NCBI GenBank assembly: GCA_047495785.1
Contig: JBLDXI010000003.1
Coordinates: 3,472,001 to 3,536,000 of the forward strand
Length of the DNA stretch: 64,000 nucleotides
Direction of reading: 5' to 3'
Source of the DNA: Lepidodermella squamata
Taxonomy: Eukaryota > Animalia > Gastrotricha
In this document: piece after piece, positions 1-13,151 of the stretch
Position numbering within the stretch: the first letter of the stretch is position 1
Layout: each line of letters opens with the position of its first letter
Program-made: the position numbers and the translations under genes
Notes under the pieces: model-generated
The model's input: only the letters and a program-made list of their open reading frames with translations
The model's database searches: none
Told to the model about the DNA's origin: nothing

Positions 1-1
1 A

Positions 2-1468
2 CCTGCGAAAGAAGAACGTGCCGCGAGGATTCCAGTTGAGCGGACCGAAAGGAAAGAGATCGATCGTGAGGTGAGGCCCGAACGAGAAGAACGCAGTCGT
101 GTGGTGCGGCCGGAAAGAACAGAGCGGCGCAAACCTCAGGATGAGGTGAGGTACAAGTCGAAGGGCCGCAAGAAGTATAGCGACAGCGACAAGGAGGTGA
201 GCGCTGGTTATTCGGCCCGGGACACCGCTCAACGACGCAAGGCGAGAAGGAGCAGCTCAGAGCGCACCAAGGCGGCTGCGAAGAAGAAGTCGGCCAAGGA
301 GAAGCTCGACATCGGCATCAGCGCCACTATTGAAGACGCCAAGTCGAAAAAGGACGCGAAGAAGTCGTGGAAGAAGAAGGCCAGCCGGTCGCGTGGTTCA
401 TTAGCCAAACACTCCGATTCGTACAAGGCGTCTGCTGCTGCGAAATCCAGGAAGGAGGCTGCGAGGATCCGCGGCCGTGGCAAGTTCAACAAGCACGGCA
501 AGTTCAACCAGGAGAATGAGATCGACGCCGGCACTGAAAACACCCGCAATACTGATGCCATCACGTTCACCCGCAATACCGACAAGGGTCACGATAAGAC
601 CTGGACCAAGAACAAGGGCAAGGTCAACACCGAGTTCGGCGAAGGGGCTGCCCTGAGCGGTTCGATCGAGACGAAGGCGTCGAAGAAGAGCGCCAAGGCG
701 AGCAAGAAGGGCAAGAGCAAGGCCGTCAAGGCGAGCAAGTCGTCTGCCTCGGAGTACGCCAGCTACTCGTCGAACCAGCTCGACAAGAAGCGGAAGCAGA
801 AGGCCCGTCTGAGCGCTGATATCAAGTACAGCAAGGGCAAGAAGTACGCCAAGGCTAGCTACGAGAACAAGAAGAAATCGAGCGAGAGCGCCTCGGCCAA
901 GACGTCGAAGAAGGCCAACAAGGCGAAGTTCGCGAAGAAGTCCAAGTCGGTTTCGTACAAGGCCAAATCTGAAGCTTCGTACAAGAGCAAGAAGCAAGTC
1001 GCCCCGGCTAAGAAGAAGGCTATCAGGAAGTCGAAGTCCGAATCTGAGGAATCATCTGGTTCTAATTCGGCGCCGAAGAAGCCCCAGTTCAAGAGACCGG
1101 TGAAGGTGGGAAAGAAGTCCAAAAGCGAGGAATCTTCCGGTTCCCATTCCTCAGGTTCAAAGAAGCCTCAGTTCAAGAGACCGGTGAAAGTGGCGAAGAA
1201 GCAAGGCAAGAAGTCCGAAAGTGAAGAATCTTCCGGTTCAGATTCGCCTGCTCCGAAGAAGCGACAGCAGAAGAAGTTCATCAAGAAGCAAGCGAAATCG
1301 AAGTCTGAAAGCGAATCCGTCTCATCGGCGCCGAAAAGGAACAAGAAGTTTGCCAAAGAATCTGAGAGCGATTCGCAAGAAGAGTTCAGCGGCAGCTACC
1401 AAGACAAGAAGAGCAACAAGTTTGGCAAGAAGAAAAACCGCAGCAGCTTCTTCAGCGATCTTCATTAG
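2..1468 (+). CDS. Family A basic Lys/Ser-rich protein A1 (5'-truncated by window edge)
   Basis: Frame is open from base 2 to TAG 1466-1468. Shares the core RIRGRGKFNKHGKFNQE..DAITFTRNTDKG.DKTWTK.KGK.NTEFGEG.ALSGSIETKASKKS with A2/A3. Has its own SESEESSGS/KKPQFKRPVK C-terminal repeats. AATAAA at 1598-1603. Confidence 0.85.
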   Translation, partial: PAKEERAARIPVERTERKEIDREVRPEREERSRVVRPERTERRKPQDEVRYKSKGRKKYSDSDKEVSAGYSARDTAQRRKARRSSSERTKAAAKKKSAKEKLDIGISATIEDAKSKKDAKKSWKKKASRSRGSLAKHSDSYKASAAAKSRKEAARIRGRGKFNKHGKFNQENEIDAGTENTRNTDAITFTRNTDKGHDKTWTKNKGKVNTEFGEGAALSGSIETKASKKSAKASKKGKSKAVKASKSSASEYASYSSNQLDKKRKQKARLSADIKYSKGKKYAKASYENKKKSSESASAKTSKKANKAKFAKKSKSVSYKAKSEASYKSKKQVAPAKKKAIRKSKSESEESSGSNSAPKKPQFKRPVKVGKKSKSEESSGSHSSGSKKPQFKRPVKVAKKQGKKSESEESSGSDSPAPKKRQQKKFIKKQAKSKSESESVSSAPKRNKKFAKESESDSQEEFSGSYQDKKSNKFGKKKNRSSFFSDLH

Positions 1469-2731
1469 ATTAATTTGAAACTGCTCTTGTCTCATTTATT
1501 AATCGATGCTTTACGTCTTTTTAGTGTGAAACTATAAATGTCTTCTGAGATAAATTACAAATTGTCAAAACAGAATGAAATTATTATACATTTATGAAAT
1601 AAAGCTGATTATTACACTCGAACTGAGTTTTTTATTATTCCTGATTGCCGATCGAGGTTTGATGCAGCTACCAACAAAACCTTGTCGTTTTGGAAACGAC
1701 TTAACACTCACAGGGGGTCGATAATTTCAAAGTAACATGCATTTCCACATTCCTACACGAAAACCGATAGATCCATAGATAGAAATTCAGCAATTCGGCG
1801 AAGTTTTTTCTAAAATTTTATTTGTTTCTACATTTTTATCCAAGTCGTTCATTGACCACAGCTTGGTTGAAAAACAGGGTTAGGTCAGGTTGAAAGCGAG
1901 AATCTCACGCCATGAATCATCGACAATGATTGAAAGTTTTATAAAAGTGAATATTGAGAAATATTTTTGTTTCAACCATCGAGCTGCCTATTTCAAAAAT
2001 TTTCAAAATTTCCTATTGAGTAGAAATCTTAAAAATGAAACTCATTCAAAGTAATCAAAGTAATTATTCATTACTTAGGTGGCTGGGGTTCCAGACTAAT
2101 TAACGGTCAGATCACGATTGTTGGATTGCAAAAAGTTACTTATTGTCTTCGTATTGCGGAATGACCCAGTTTAAGTTGTGTCAGAAGAAACATATCACGT
2201 CAGTTAGTGACTTGGGAGGATCAAAAATCAAACACTTTTCCATCATTTTATTGCTGAAAAGTTGTACATTTCTTGCTGCCGGCAGTGTGGTATTTGTTTA
2301 TCTATGGCTGTCGGGAAACGATCTCTTATTATTTTTCTCTTTCAAGCTGAATTTTATTATTCCAAGAAAGCCGTTTGACCTTCAAAGCTGATATTGGTGT
2401 AATAAAATGCCGACATGAATTTGCAAGCTCGAACTCTTTTTCATCAACGCTAAAATCACCAGTTCATTCGAAAAATGAAAAATGAAAATACCTGAGATGA
2501 ATTTGAATTGTCAGTTTCGCCCAGATGTCGGTTCTCAGAAAGAAAACAACGCAAACAAAAGCGCGTGCCAAGTTGCTCCTCAGTCGCGTGCAAAAAACCT
2601 GGATAACACTAATAAAAACACACCCAAACAAATTGTGTTAAAAACATTCAATAGTTTTTAGATTTATTGTCTGGTAACTTCTTTCCGTATAGGACTGGTC
2701 GTTAAAGAAATTTCACTAATTCTGCAAGCCA

Positions 2732-5700
2732 ATGCGAGCCATCGCGATAATCACATTTATCGCGTCATGTTTAATCGGTAAGAATTCTACGAAAAATTGA
2801 GAATAACCTAATTATTCTAAAAAATCGAATTTCAGGCATTATAATTCTGAAATTCAATTATCTATAATTTCAGCGTTATTATTTATTTATATTCCCAAAA
2901 AGACTTACCTTTCGGATTTTTTCAAATTTCAAATTTTAAAACTTGGCACGTGTGACAAAACTATGAAAAATTATCATTTTCGAAAAATCGAGAAAAATCA
3001 TCACTTCGTCGCGTTCTTAAAGTGAGGGTCAGGTCTAGCGCAGAAAATCACGCCAAATTTATGGTAATTAATTTTGAATTTTCGGAATTTTTTTAAATTC
3101 TCTTAAATTTCAAAAGAACAAATTCGATAATTTCTTTTTTGTTCAATATTTTTTAACACAGCATTCGATTCTTGCGTTGCTGGTGATGTGGTTCACAATC
3201 CGCTCAGCCGGAAGCACGAGCCCGCCGAAGATTTCGACGCAGCCATGACGAGGCTTTTCAACCCGGATGCAGCCAGGATGAATCGGCTGAAAAAACGCGA
3301 TCTCAACGCCGCTGGAGCTGAAGTTCCATCTTCCGAATCTGGCCCGGCACCTATGTGGCAATGCCCTGCTGGGAACCCGGATACGACCACGGCAGCTGCT
3401 ACTACACCGCCGATTGTCCAAGTCACGCCACCTCAAACAGGTGGATCTACGCCGAAACCGCCAGGGCATCATTACAGCGAGTCTTGCGACTCACATGACG
3501 GCCGGCATCGTAGACCGAGATACTACAAAAGGTTGAGATATTCCTCGTCTTCGATTTCGTTGAGCAGAAGAAAACATCGGAAACACAGAATCTCGAAATC
3601 TCGACCAGTGCATCACAGGAAGCCGAAGCCCATTATCCACCACGGGCCTGTAAGTTTCTATGTTTTCAATTAAAATGGATTCAATTTTCGACAAAATTTA
3701 GAAAAAATCTGAAAGTTGCTCGGAATCGTCAGACAGGAAGAAGCCTCACAAGAGATCGCGATCGGTTCACCTGCCGAGGCGACGAATTCATCATCCTAAG
3801 CCTGAAAGCCTCAGCTCGTGTTCTGAGCCGCCCAGAATCCCACCGAAACATCACAAACCTCCTCCGCGGCCAGTTCATCGCCCGCCTAAACCTGAAAGCT
3901 TCAGTTCTTGCACGGAATCAGCGGCTAAACCGAAACCGATTCGCATCCCGAGGCGAAAAATCCACAAGCACAAAAGGCCCGTTAAGCCTGAAAGTTTGGA
4001 ATCTTGCTCGGAGCCGAAAATTCCGCGGAAACATCCCTCAAATTCTAAGCCAGCTCACCATCCGAAGCCTCACAAACCGCCTGTTAAGCGTGAAAGTTCT
4101 TGCTCTGAACCTGCTGCCAAGCCGCCGAAGCATGGTCATCATCACGGTAAAAAGTCTAGTGCCAGCTCCCGATCTGGAAAAGGGAAATATCACCACCCGG
4201 GGCCCATCCGAAAGCCGTCCCACTCAGCGTCTGGTCCCAAAAAACCGAGGCGCCCGATCCATCACCGAAGCCGGCCCAAGTCCTCGAAATCTCGAAGCCG
4301 ATCGAAAAGTCATCGCCGATATTCGGGAATTAAACGACACAGGAAATCTAGATCTGGACCTCGTCCCAGGCCGCCGGCTAAGTCTTCGAAATCACGAAAC
4401 AGTTCGAGAAAATCGTCGCATCCTCGTCGCCACCCAAGACGTTCTGGAATCAAGCGACACCGAAAATCGAAGTCTGGATCTCGCCCTAGGCCTAAACCAG
4501 CTTCGAAATCGCAATCTCACCCGAAGAAGCCGAGCAAAAGTGCCCGATCGAAACCGATTTGGCGAAGGCACTCGAAGCCGAAAAGGGGCGGTAAACCCTC
4601 GCGATCTAAGCATTCGAAGCCGCGATCTCACCCTAAGAAGCCGAGCAAAAGTGTCCGATCGAAACCGATTAGAAACTCGAAGCCGAAGAGGAGCAAACCC
4701 TCGCGTTCGAAGCCGCGATCTCTCCCGAAGAAGCCGAGTAGAAGTGTCCGATCAAAACCGACTAACCGAAGGCACTCAAGGCCGAAATCTAGTGGATCCC
4801 CGCGATCCAAACCTTCAAGGTCGCGATCTAATGGCGCTGGTATTCGTCACAAGAAAAGGCGACCTGTTGTTAGATCCAGCTCGAAACGTTCCGGTAAGAA
4901 GAGCAGCGCTGGGTGGAAGAAACATAAACCGTTTCGGGGCGTTCCAAGGCGTTCGAAGTCTTATCGCTCCAAGGCAGTGATTCGCCACCGGAAAAGTCGC
5001 TCGGCTAAGAAATCGAATTCGAAGGCTTCAAAACCTCGGAATCCTCCGAAAAAGTCGAGGTCAGCCCCAAGACCTGAAACACCCCGATCGAACCCGGCTA
5101 ATGGAGGTTGGAAGAAGCCCAGGCGTCAGAGAAGGCCCCGACCTATGAAGACGAAGCAGTCAGCCTCGAAGCAAATGGCGGGGAATACGCCATCTGAAAA
5201 TAAGCCACCTGAAACTCCGCCACCTAGCGTTAACGCAGTTGAGACTCCTCAGCCAGCGCCTCAGCCTAATACTGCGGCAAACCAGGCCCAGCCTGAGCAA
5301 CAGGTTCTGTTGAAATCGTCAAATCCCGGCCAGAATTCGTTCAGCTTTTCGGCGAGTCTTTCTGATAAGTCTGACATCGATAAGGCGAATGAGTACCTGC
5401 GGCGGAAGGGCCACCAAAAGCGAGCTTCCATGCCGTTTTCGGGCCAGTTGTCGGATATTTCGGATATTAAACTGGCGAAGCAACATTTCAAGGCGCGAGT
5501 TGGTCGTAAGCAGCGACAGATCGGTCGACGGAATAAAAGAGCGAGCGAAAGGTTGTTTTAGCTATATCCTTGAAACTTCGCAAAATTTGAAATTTCAAAA
5601 TTTGAATAAATTCAATTTTTAAATTTTTAAAATTTTTAAAATAAAGTTGAAAAAATTATCAAAATTTTGAAATTTTAATTTTAATTTGAAAAAAATTGAA

Positions 5701-6384
5701 ATTAATTCAAAAATTTGATATTGAAATTTGATATGAAAATCAAATATTGATTCTCATAATTAGTTTCTTTTAATCTTCAGGTCATTGTCCTTCATTTCGG
5801 AGAAGTTCCACAAGCTACCGTATGGCTTACAAAATCCAGGTTCCAATGCCGGCGAACGGCAGCCGTCTTCCGGTATCAGGCTGAAATCTATGAACGACGG
5901 CCCAACTCAACATGTCAATCAAAAGCATGGTAGGAAGAACCAGAAATCCAAATCGCTCTCTGTGAGTTGGCCTAACATGGGCCTGTCGAAATCTGTGTCG
6001 AACTCGATCGAATTCTCGGCCAGCTTGTCCGACCAGTCCGACATTGATCGAGCTGTTGTCTACCTGCGCAAGATCGGCTATCGAAAGGGCAAGCACGCGG
6101 GTGGTTTCTCGGCTAGTCTCGCCGATAAATCGGACCAAGATTTGGCGCGGAGGTTTTTTTCGCGCAAATTCGGTGATGGGAAGGGCGGGCTGAAGCGCCG
6201 GCGTGGCAAGAAGGCTCGAAAGGCCCGAAAGGCCCGAAAGGCCCGAAAGGCCCGAAAGCAGCCGACTGGGGCCACGAATTTCAACGTTAACAACCAGATC
6301 CAACTTCCAGCAAATGTCGATGCTCGGATAAACGCGAATTCTAAGCGTGTTCGCGGCGGAAAGAAAAAGAAGAACATTATTTGA
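2732..6384 (+). CDS. Family D secreted Lys/Arg/Ser/Pro/His-rich protein D1 (~995 aa, 4 exons)
   Basis: Exons 2732-2777, 3162-3649, 3702-5551, 5781-6384; all GT-AG and frame-consistent (2988 nt). Signal peptide MRAIAIITFIASCLIAFDSCVA. Four FSxSLSDxSDI repeats, ESCSE-type repeats and (KAR)5. Confidence 0.8.
6211..6258 (+). repeat. 9-nt coding tandem repeat encoding (KAR)5K
   Basis: AAGGC[TC]CGA x5 in the last exon of D1. Confidence 0.9.
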
Positions 6385-7200
6385 AGTGAATTTATTTATC
6401 TCTATCAGTTCATTATTTAAAATCTTTAATTTTTTTCGCAAAATATTTATCTTATATTAACTATGGTGTTACCATTCTCTGAACTTGTGAATCTGCTAAC
6501 ATATTGTATTGTATTTAAAATTTCGAATGAGATTGGGATGCTGTAGTAACAATAAAATAACATTTTTCTTCAGTTCTGGGTTTTTTCAACTTGAGATAAA
6601 TTCAACTTCAGGAACTTCAGAAATTACTCGCTCGAATCCATACACTTTCCAACCGCTGAAATTGACGTTTCGTCGGTAAAATGTTTCCAAGTTTGGTTGA
6701 ACCCCGAAGCTGCTCTGCGAGATGGGCCCCTGAACCGAAGTTCATTTTTTATTCATTTTGATTTTAATTCATTTTTTGAAAATTCAATTAAATCGGTTAC
6801 ATTGAAGCTCCAGAAGCTTCTAATATCTGCAAATTCGGCGGAACCCTAAGACAGGAAGCCGAAGACAGGAAAGGGGGACCTATAGGATCGCGAATAATTC
6901 TGATTAACAAAAATTCTGATTAATTTTTCAGATTTTATTCAATTCTCACCTCGATTTATAGACTTCGTCTGGCGTTATGTACTGATTTTGACCGAATACA
7001 GAGAATTTTTGAATGGGAAAAAATTAGTTGTAGTAAAATAATCGTGAATTCAAAGGCACGCGATGTTTTGCGGATACAAACGGTGACATGCGACTCGAAG
7101 AACACGATATTTTTCAAAGTCAAACTCTAACACACGTCCACCGTAAAACTGGTTTTAATTTCATTTTTTATATTTCTAGTTCTGTTACACTGTAGTTTTA

Positions 7201-9441
7201 ATGTTTCTGTCTCGATCGGTATTAATACCGATGATAGCGGCTTGCTGCATCGGTAACTTGATTTTCCAGGAAAATTAGGTGAATTTTGACAAAACATTTT
7301 GTCTTTAGCGGCCAATTATTGTCATGCGAGTTTGATTCACGAAAAGCCAACCGCTGGCGATTCAGATCAATTCGACCTGAAATGCAAAGCCCCTCTTGCC
7401 AAGGATGACACGATAGCAGTCAGCGTTAAAGCTCTCATGGACTTCATTATGAAGTACCAACGAAGCCCAGCGCCCGAACAACAGCAACCGGAACAGCCTG
7501 TTCAAACTGAACCTCCACCAGCTGTTCGTCTACAGAATTCAAATAAAAAATCTCAAAGAAATCGTGTCGGATTCGATTCCCAAGCTGTTAACGCTCCTGA
7601 ACCTGTTCAGGACAATCAACCGGATCGTGTTTACAATAAACGGCAAGGTTACGACAGAAAGCCGAGGAATCAACGCGAATCTAAGCCTGAAGCTAGACGG
7701 AACAACCGGGGAAAAGATATGATGAAAGATTTCTCGGAAGATTGGAACCGAGAAATTGGTCAGAATCGGAGACCACCTCAAGGAAAACGTCGGCAAAAGA
7801 GCCGAAAAATGCACGATGAAGCTTGGAAGCCGGCGAAGAAATATCGATCGAAACCGGAGAAAAAACGATCGCTGTCTGCCAAGGAACCGAAGGAAGAACC
7901 GAAGCCGCAAATACCCCCAGTACCAGAGCACCAACCCAAGCCATCTCATCATGCCGTCGCGAAGCCATCGTTCAGTTTCTCGGCGAGTCTATCGGACAAA
8001 TCTGATATCGACAAGGCTAACAAGTATTTGAAGCGAAAGGGTCATGTTAAGCGAGCTTCAATGCCGTTTTCGCTGGAGCTTTCCGATCGGTCAGATCTTC
8101 ACCTGGCCAGGCAGCACTTCAAACAGCGTGCTGGTCGAAGGCCGCGCCATTTCGGCAAAATTTCGAAGCGGTCAAGTGAGAGGTATTCCTGTTTTTTTAA
8201 GAGTTGATCATTTTGAGCCAAAATACCATAAATTATTAGTTACAAATTTCAAATTTCAAATTTGCTTATTAATTCTAAAATAGGTATTTTATTTTATTCT
8301 GTAATATTGCTATAATCTATTTTTTTATTTTTTATTTCATATAGGTAATTAACTTCGGAACTTCGGAATTTTTATCACTAATACTTGCTAATTGCTTAAT
8401 TTTTTATTAGTTTTTTGTATTTTTGTTAATAATTCTACCACTAGAAATAAGATTCTAGCCCTAAATTCCTCCGATTTTTTTGCGATTTCGATTCTTACCC
8501 TCATTCGATGGGACTTCTTTCCAACCTGGTGTTCCAAGTTGAGCAGAATAGCTATAAAACCCGACTTCCTAGGCAGTTAGTTTAAAAATCTCTGATTTGC
8601 CAATCGAAAATGCTTAAAATTTCGATAGTGAAAAATTAAATGACATGTTTCAATAAATTATTGTTCCTAATTAATCAAATCAATTAACACTATTTTATTT
8701 ATTTATTAATAATAAAAATATTGGCTTCAAATTTCTCATAAACGGGATTCTGGACATACTTTTTCTCACTTTTTTCTTTTCTCTAGGTCTTTATCCTTCA
8801 TCGCGCCCAAGTACCGAAAACGTGCGCAAAAATCAGCCCAAGAAGAAATCGGAATTCCAGAGAAGCCTGTGCCGAAAATCGCCGACCTATCGACCAACAA
8901 TAAGGGGGACGCTCATCTCCGACTTAAATCAGCCGTAAAACCAGCTGAAGATCAATCTCGAGTCGAAAATTCAAATTCCACTCCGGCAAAAGATCGCAGG
9001 CAAAAGAAAACACGGAAAATAAATTCATCTGAATCTCGATCTGGAAGACCGTTCGGCAAGAACCACCGGCTTCGAGGGTCTCTTTCAGATTCCAAAGGCT
9101 TTTCCGCAAGTTTGTCCGATCAATCCGACATTGCACGGGCTCGTATTTACCTGCGCAAAATTGGCTATCGCAAGGGCAAATTTCCGGGTGGCTTTTCGGC
9201 GAGTCTCGCCGATAAATCCGACCAAGATCTGGCTCGCAAATTTTTCTCGCGCAGGCTCGGCGACGAAAAGGGAGGCGCAAGACGCCGGAATCGTAAGCAA
9301 CAGCCGCCGAAGAATCGGCAGATCAGAAAGCGCAAATTGCCGCCGTCTAAATCTGTTGAATCGGCGAGTATTAAGGCTCGCGGCTCGAAGAAACCGGTTG
9401 GCAAACGAAGCCATGACGAGTCGAACTGTTCGTCAACTTGA
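7201..9441 (+). CDS. Family D secreted basic protein D2 (~526 aa, 3 exons)
   Basis: Exons 7201-7252, 7309-8182, 8787-9441 (1581 nt). Hydrophobic N-terminus MFLSRSVLIPMIAACCIAANYCHA. Four FSASLSD repeats nearly identical to D1. The last intron is at the same phase-2 position (SER|SLSFI) as in D1. Confidence 0.8.
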
Positions 9442-10233
9442 CTGGAAAATGCGGTTCAATTCTCACGGTGATATCACAAATGCGGAATGTGGTTCAAATA
9501 TTTATTTATTTATTTATTTTTCGGGTAAAATCCAACCAGCTTAATCTGTTTTGGCTGACTCTCTTTTGAAAAATTCAGAATATCTCTTGAAAAACATGAT
9601 CATGGACTATATGTGAAAGCTACTGATTCAGCTAGACGAAATGAATAAATTGAGCATCATTTAACTTGGGTTCAAGTTGTTTTTTGTTTTCTTCTTTAAA
9701 AATTTACATATCAGCGAGCTTCAATATTCTACTGGAATGAACCTTTCGAACCGCTGAGCTGATGAACTTAACTGTTGTGCCTGGCGCAAGTGTCACTTTC
9801 AGGGATTAGGAAAATATCTGAAACCTGAAACATATCATATGTATGAGGAGAGTTTCATGATGACTGTTTCAAAGTCGAGGGCTGCTGACTGCTGATAAAG
9901 TTGCATGTGTTTGCGTTGTTTCATCATTTTGAAAATGTTCATTATTTCCCTGTTTCTCTTAGCGTCACTGTTCGGCAATCTCAAGAATGTTCCTGTATCA
10001 AGTGAATGACATGAAAATCTTTCCTCCTCTGGAATCGAGACGTCGAATGATGTTTATCAAATAGCAGAAGTGAACATAATTTTCAGACCTCAAGGCAAAG
10101 CCAGGTTAGCGTTGTATCCATTTGATTCAAGTGTCACGAATGCGCCTGGTTGAAATTAAAGTAGAACGAAAAAATGTTCAATCGATTAAGCGGGATTTTT
10201 TAGGCACGCGTTTAACAAATCGCGCGTAGCCTT

Positions 10234-10332
10234 CACGTGAAATAATCATGAAAGGTTGCGCAACATCGACTGGAATCAACCTCGCTCAGGTATATAAACC
10301 CGAATCAGCTGCCTGTTTCAATCATCAATCAG
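10234..10332 (+). promoter_or_regulatory. Putative core promoter of B1
   Basis: CACGTG 10234-10239, TTGCGCAACA 10256-10265, TATATAAA 10291-10298, ATCATCAATCAG 10321-10332. The same order is seen upstream of A3 and C. Confidence 0.6.
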
Positions 10333-10387
10333 CGTTTTATATTTTAATTAGTACTAGTACACATTCTTTATTTGAATTCATACGAAA

Positions 10388-11477
10388 ATGAGAGTCACCA
10401 TCGTCATTCTGCTTCTCGGCCTCGCCACAGTCGGTTAGTCTCACTAATATTCTGAAGTTTTTAACAATTGATGAAATTTTCAATCTCTTTACAGCTCTTG
10501 CTGGCGGCTATGGAAAAGGCAAGGGTGGCAAGAAGGGTGGCAAACAGGCCTCCTTCTCCGCCTCGGTCGACCAACGCGACACCTACGACCGCAAGTCCGC
10601 CTCTGCTGAGCAAGAAGACGCTGCTTTCGACTACGCCTCGGCCGATGCTTCGCACAACAAGAAGACCAGCGACAAGCGCAAGCTGATCAAGACCCGATCA
10701 GCCAGCGCCGAACGTGCCTCGGCCAGCTACGCCTCGGCCGGCAAGCGCGACTCCGCCTACGACCAGAAGAAATCCAAGGCCGGCAGCAAGCGCCACGGCC
10801 GCGTTGTCCGCAAGAGCGACTCGGCTGCCTTCGCCAAGCACGACAACGCCTACGCCGACTCTGGCGCCGCCGCCGCTGCCCAGAAGCACAAGCGCAACAA
10901 GAAGACCGGCCGCGCCGACCACAAGCGCAAGGCTGCTTTCCAGAAGGACCAGGCTCGCGACAAGGCCGGCGAGGTGATCGAGTTCAAGAAGAAGACCTTC
11001 ACCGACAAGGGCCACAACAAGGTCAACAAGTTCAGCTTCGAGTCTGGTTCGCAAGAGTTCGCCAAGGCCGATTCTGACGGCGCCGCCACCACTGCTACCC
11101 GCAAAAAGACCGCCAAGAAGGCCCACGGCAAGAAGTCCCGCAAGGCCCACTCTGCCGACTACGCTTCCCGCGACTCGAAGGCCTCGGCTGCCGCTGCCTC
11201 GAAGAAGGCGAAGCGCAACAAGGCTCACAAGCGCCGCGCCTCGGTCTCCGTCGCCCGTGACTCGCGCAACGCCCGCGACTACAAGACTAGCAACAAGAAG
11301 GCCGCCGAATCCGACTCTGCCCACACCCGCAAGGCTGGAGCCAAGCACAGCCGCAAACGCGCCTCTGCCTCGGCTGAGCGTGCCACCCACGACTTCGCTG
11401 CATCTGTCTCTGGCAGCTACCGCGATGGTGGCTACGGCAAGAAGGGCGGCAAGAAGGGTGGCAAGCACTACTACTAG
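10388..11477 (+). CDS. Family B secreted Lys/Ala/Ser-rich protein B1 (~342 aa, 2 exons)
   Basis: Exons 10388-10433 and 10495-11477. Signal peptide MRVTIVILLLGLATVALA, then GGYGKGKGGKKGGKQASFSASVDQRDTYDRKS...GGYGKKGGKKGGKHYY. AATAAA at 11581-11586. Confidence 0.9.
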
Positions 11478-13151
11478 ATCAATTCGATTGGATGAATTAT
11501 TATTTATCAAAAACTTGACCTTGCGTTACTTTGATTACTCAAAGGCGTGATTATTAGTGATTAAATGATCGAGCAGATGAAATAAAATGCTGCAATTTCA
11601 ATCTATGTGTTTTTGCTCATTGCCTAGTGCCTGATTGGAATAGCTTTATAAGTATAAGTTACAAGTAGTTCCTGAACCTGCCTGGAGTTTGCAGCAGTTC
11701 AATTTTCTTCCCAAGTTAGGAATAGAACTGAAACATTTTGTCTGAATTGTTTTCAATTGATTGGCGAACCGTGAAGCAACTGGTGTTTATCCACCTGAAG
11801 AGTTCACCATCACTATCACAGGTCGTTTTGTATTTCTGATTTCTGATAGATTCACGCTTAAAAAGGAATGGCGAGAGTCATCTTACAGCTTAAAGATGAG
11901 CTTCTAATCCTAACCAGAGGAGTATTCTTGGAGCTTGGAGGGCGGTAGAATCCAAGATTCAGCCCAACGATGGAAACAGGTCGCGTCGACCGACGCTGTT
12001 CCCGGTCCTTTCCCCGTTCCGCAGGTCCGGTATGGGTCTCAAAAACCGGGAAAAGTTGAATTTTAAACTTTTAGCAGGCAGAAAAATGGAAAAAAAATCG
12101 AACGAAAAACTATATTTTCCTCTGTTTTGCACACTTTCCTGACTGATGAGAGCATTAGCGCGTCAGTTCAATGTTTTGCAAACGTATCGGATGGTTTGGC
12201 TTCCGAACTATTTTACTGACCCCGATCGAAAGGGCTCGTTGGTCTTAGAAGGCACAACTGACATATATTGATCTTATTTTTTGGGTGAGTTGAGGAATTT
12301 CATGCGTTTGATATCATGTTTTCATGCAATTTTAAAATGCAGTTTCAAAACCGGTAGAACGGTCCGTTCTTGTTTGATAAAGAATTCAAAACGATAGGAG
12401 AGGTACCAAATTAAATTTTAGCTTACATGATAACAATGAATTTATGTGCTCCCCCTCTTTTTATTTGATAGCTTGGAAAATGTGGTACATTTTCTTGGGT
12501 TGTGTCCGAAAAGAGGATTCCACGAGTTTTGGCGAACATTTTTACTGCACGGCGAACAAATTGTTGTGCCTGCGGCCATTGTTTTCGACTTACGGATATC
12601 AGAACAGTTCCGGCTCGCCATAATAGCGATACCGTAGCGCAGGATACATTGGCGCGTAATTTAGGACACTTCGGAATTGCAGGTGAATAGCTTTGCAATG
12701 CGGTACGATTTGTTTCATAAAATTTCCCGTCTCTTGAGCTTTCGCATGGCGCAGGTCCCAAGGTTATTGGAGCGATACTTGATTTTTAAGAAATGTGAGA
12801 TGAGCAGGGCAACTCGAATGTCGATTTGGGACGCCCTCCTATCTCCCGAAAAATAATCATTTTGGGACGAAAACTGGCATGGTTATCCCAATAGCGTTGC
12901 TCTCTCAGTCATCGAGAGAAAAGTTAAGACTGGCATTTGCGGAAGAACGTATTTTTCTCGATTTCTTCTTAATTTTTGCCAAATTTGATATAAAGTTCAG
13001 AAAATTGACGTCAGCATCTTTGAAAAAAACGACAGATCCATTGCGAAATTCAATTTTTATTTCATTTTCGAATAGTTAACACTAAACAGGCGGCGAAAAA
13101 ATAACGGAAAATATATCAACTAATCACTGATTTTTCATCGTTCGGAATAGC

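Noticed and set aside
10974-11477. 167-175 aa ORFs starting MIEFKKK as complete genes (also 15962 and 41385)
   Set aside because: They start at an internal GTG. The real frame extends upstream to a spliced signal-peptide exon.
10698-11510. Long antisense or off-frame ORFs over families A, B and C (also 13374-14294, 15479-16456, 37305-38594, 40969-41868, 52406-53380, 52785-53612, 53798-54859)
   Set aside because: Shadow ORFs caused by strong codon bias and repeats. The sense frames have signal peptides, splice sites and paralog conservation.
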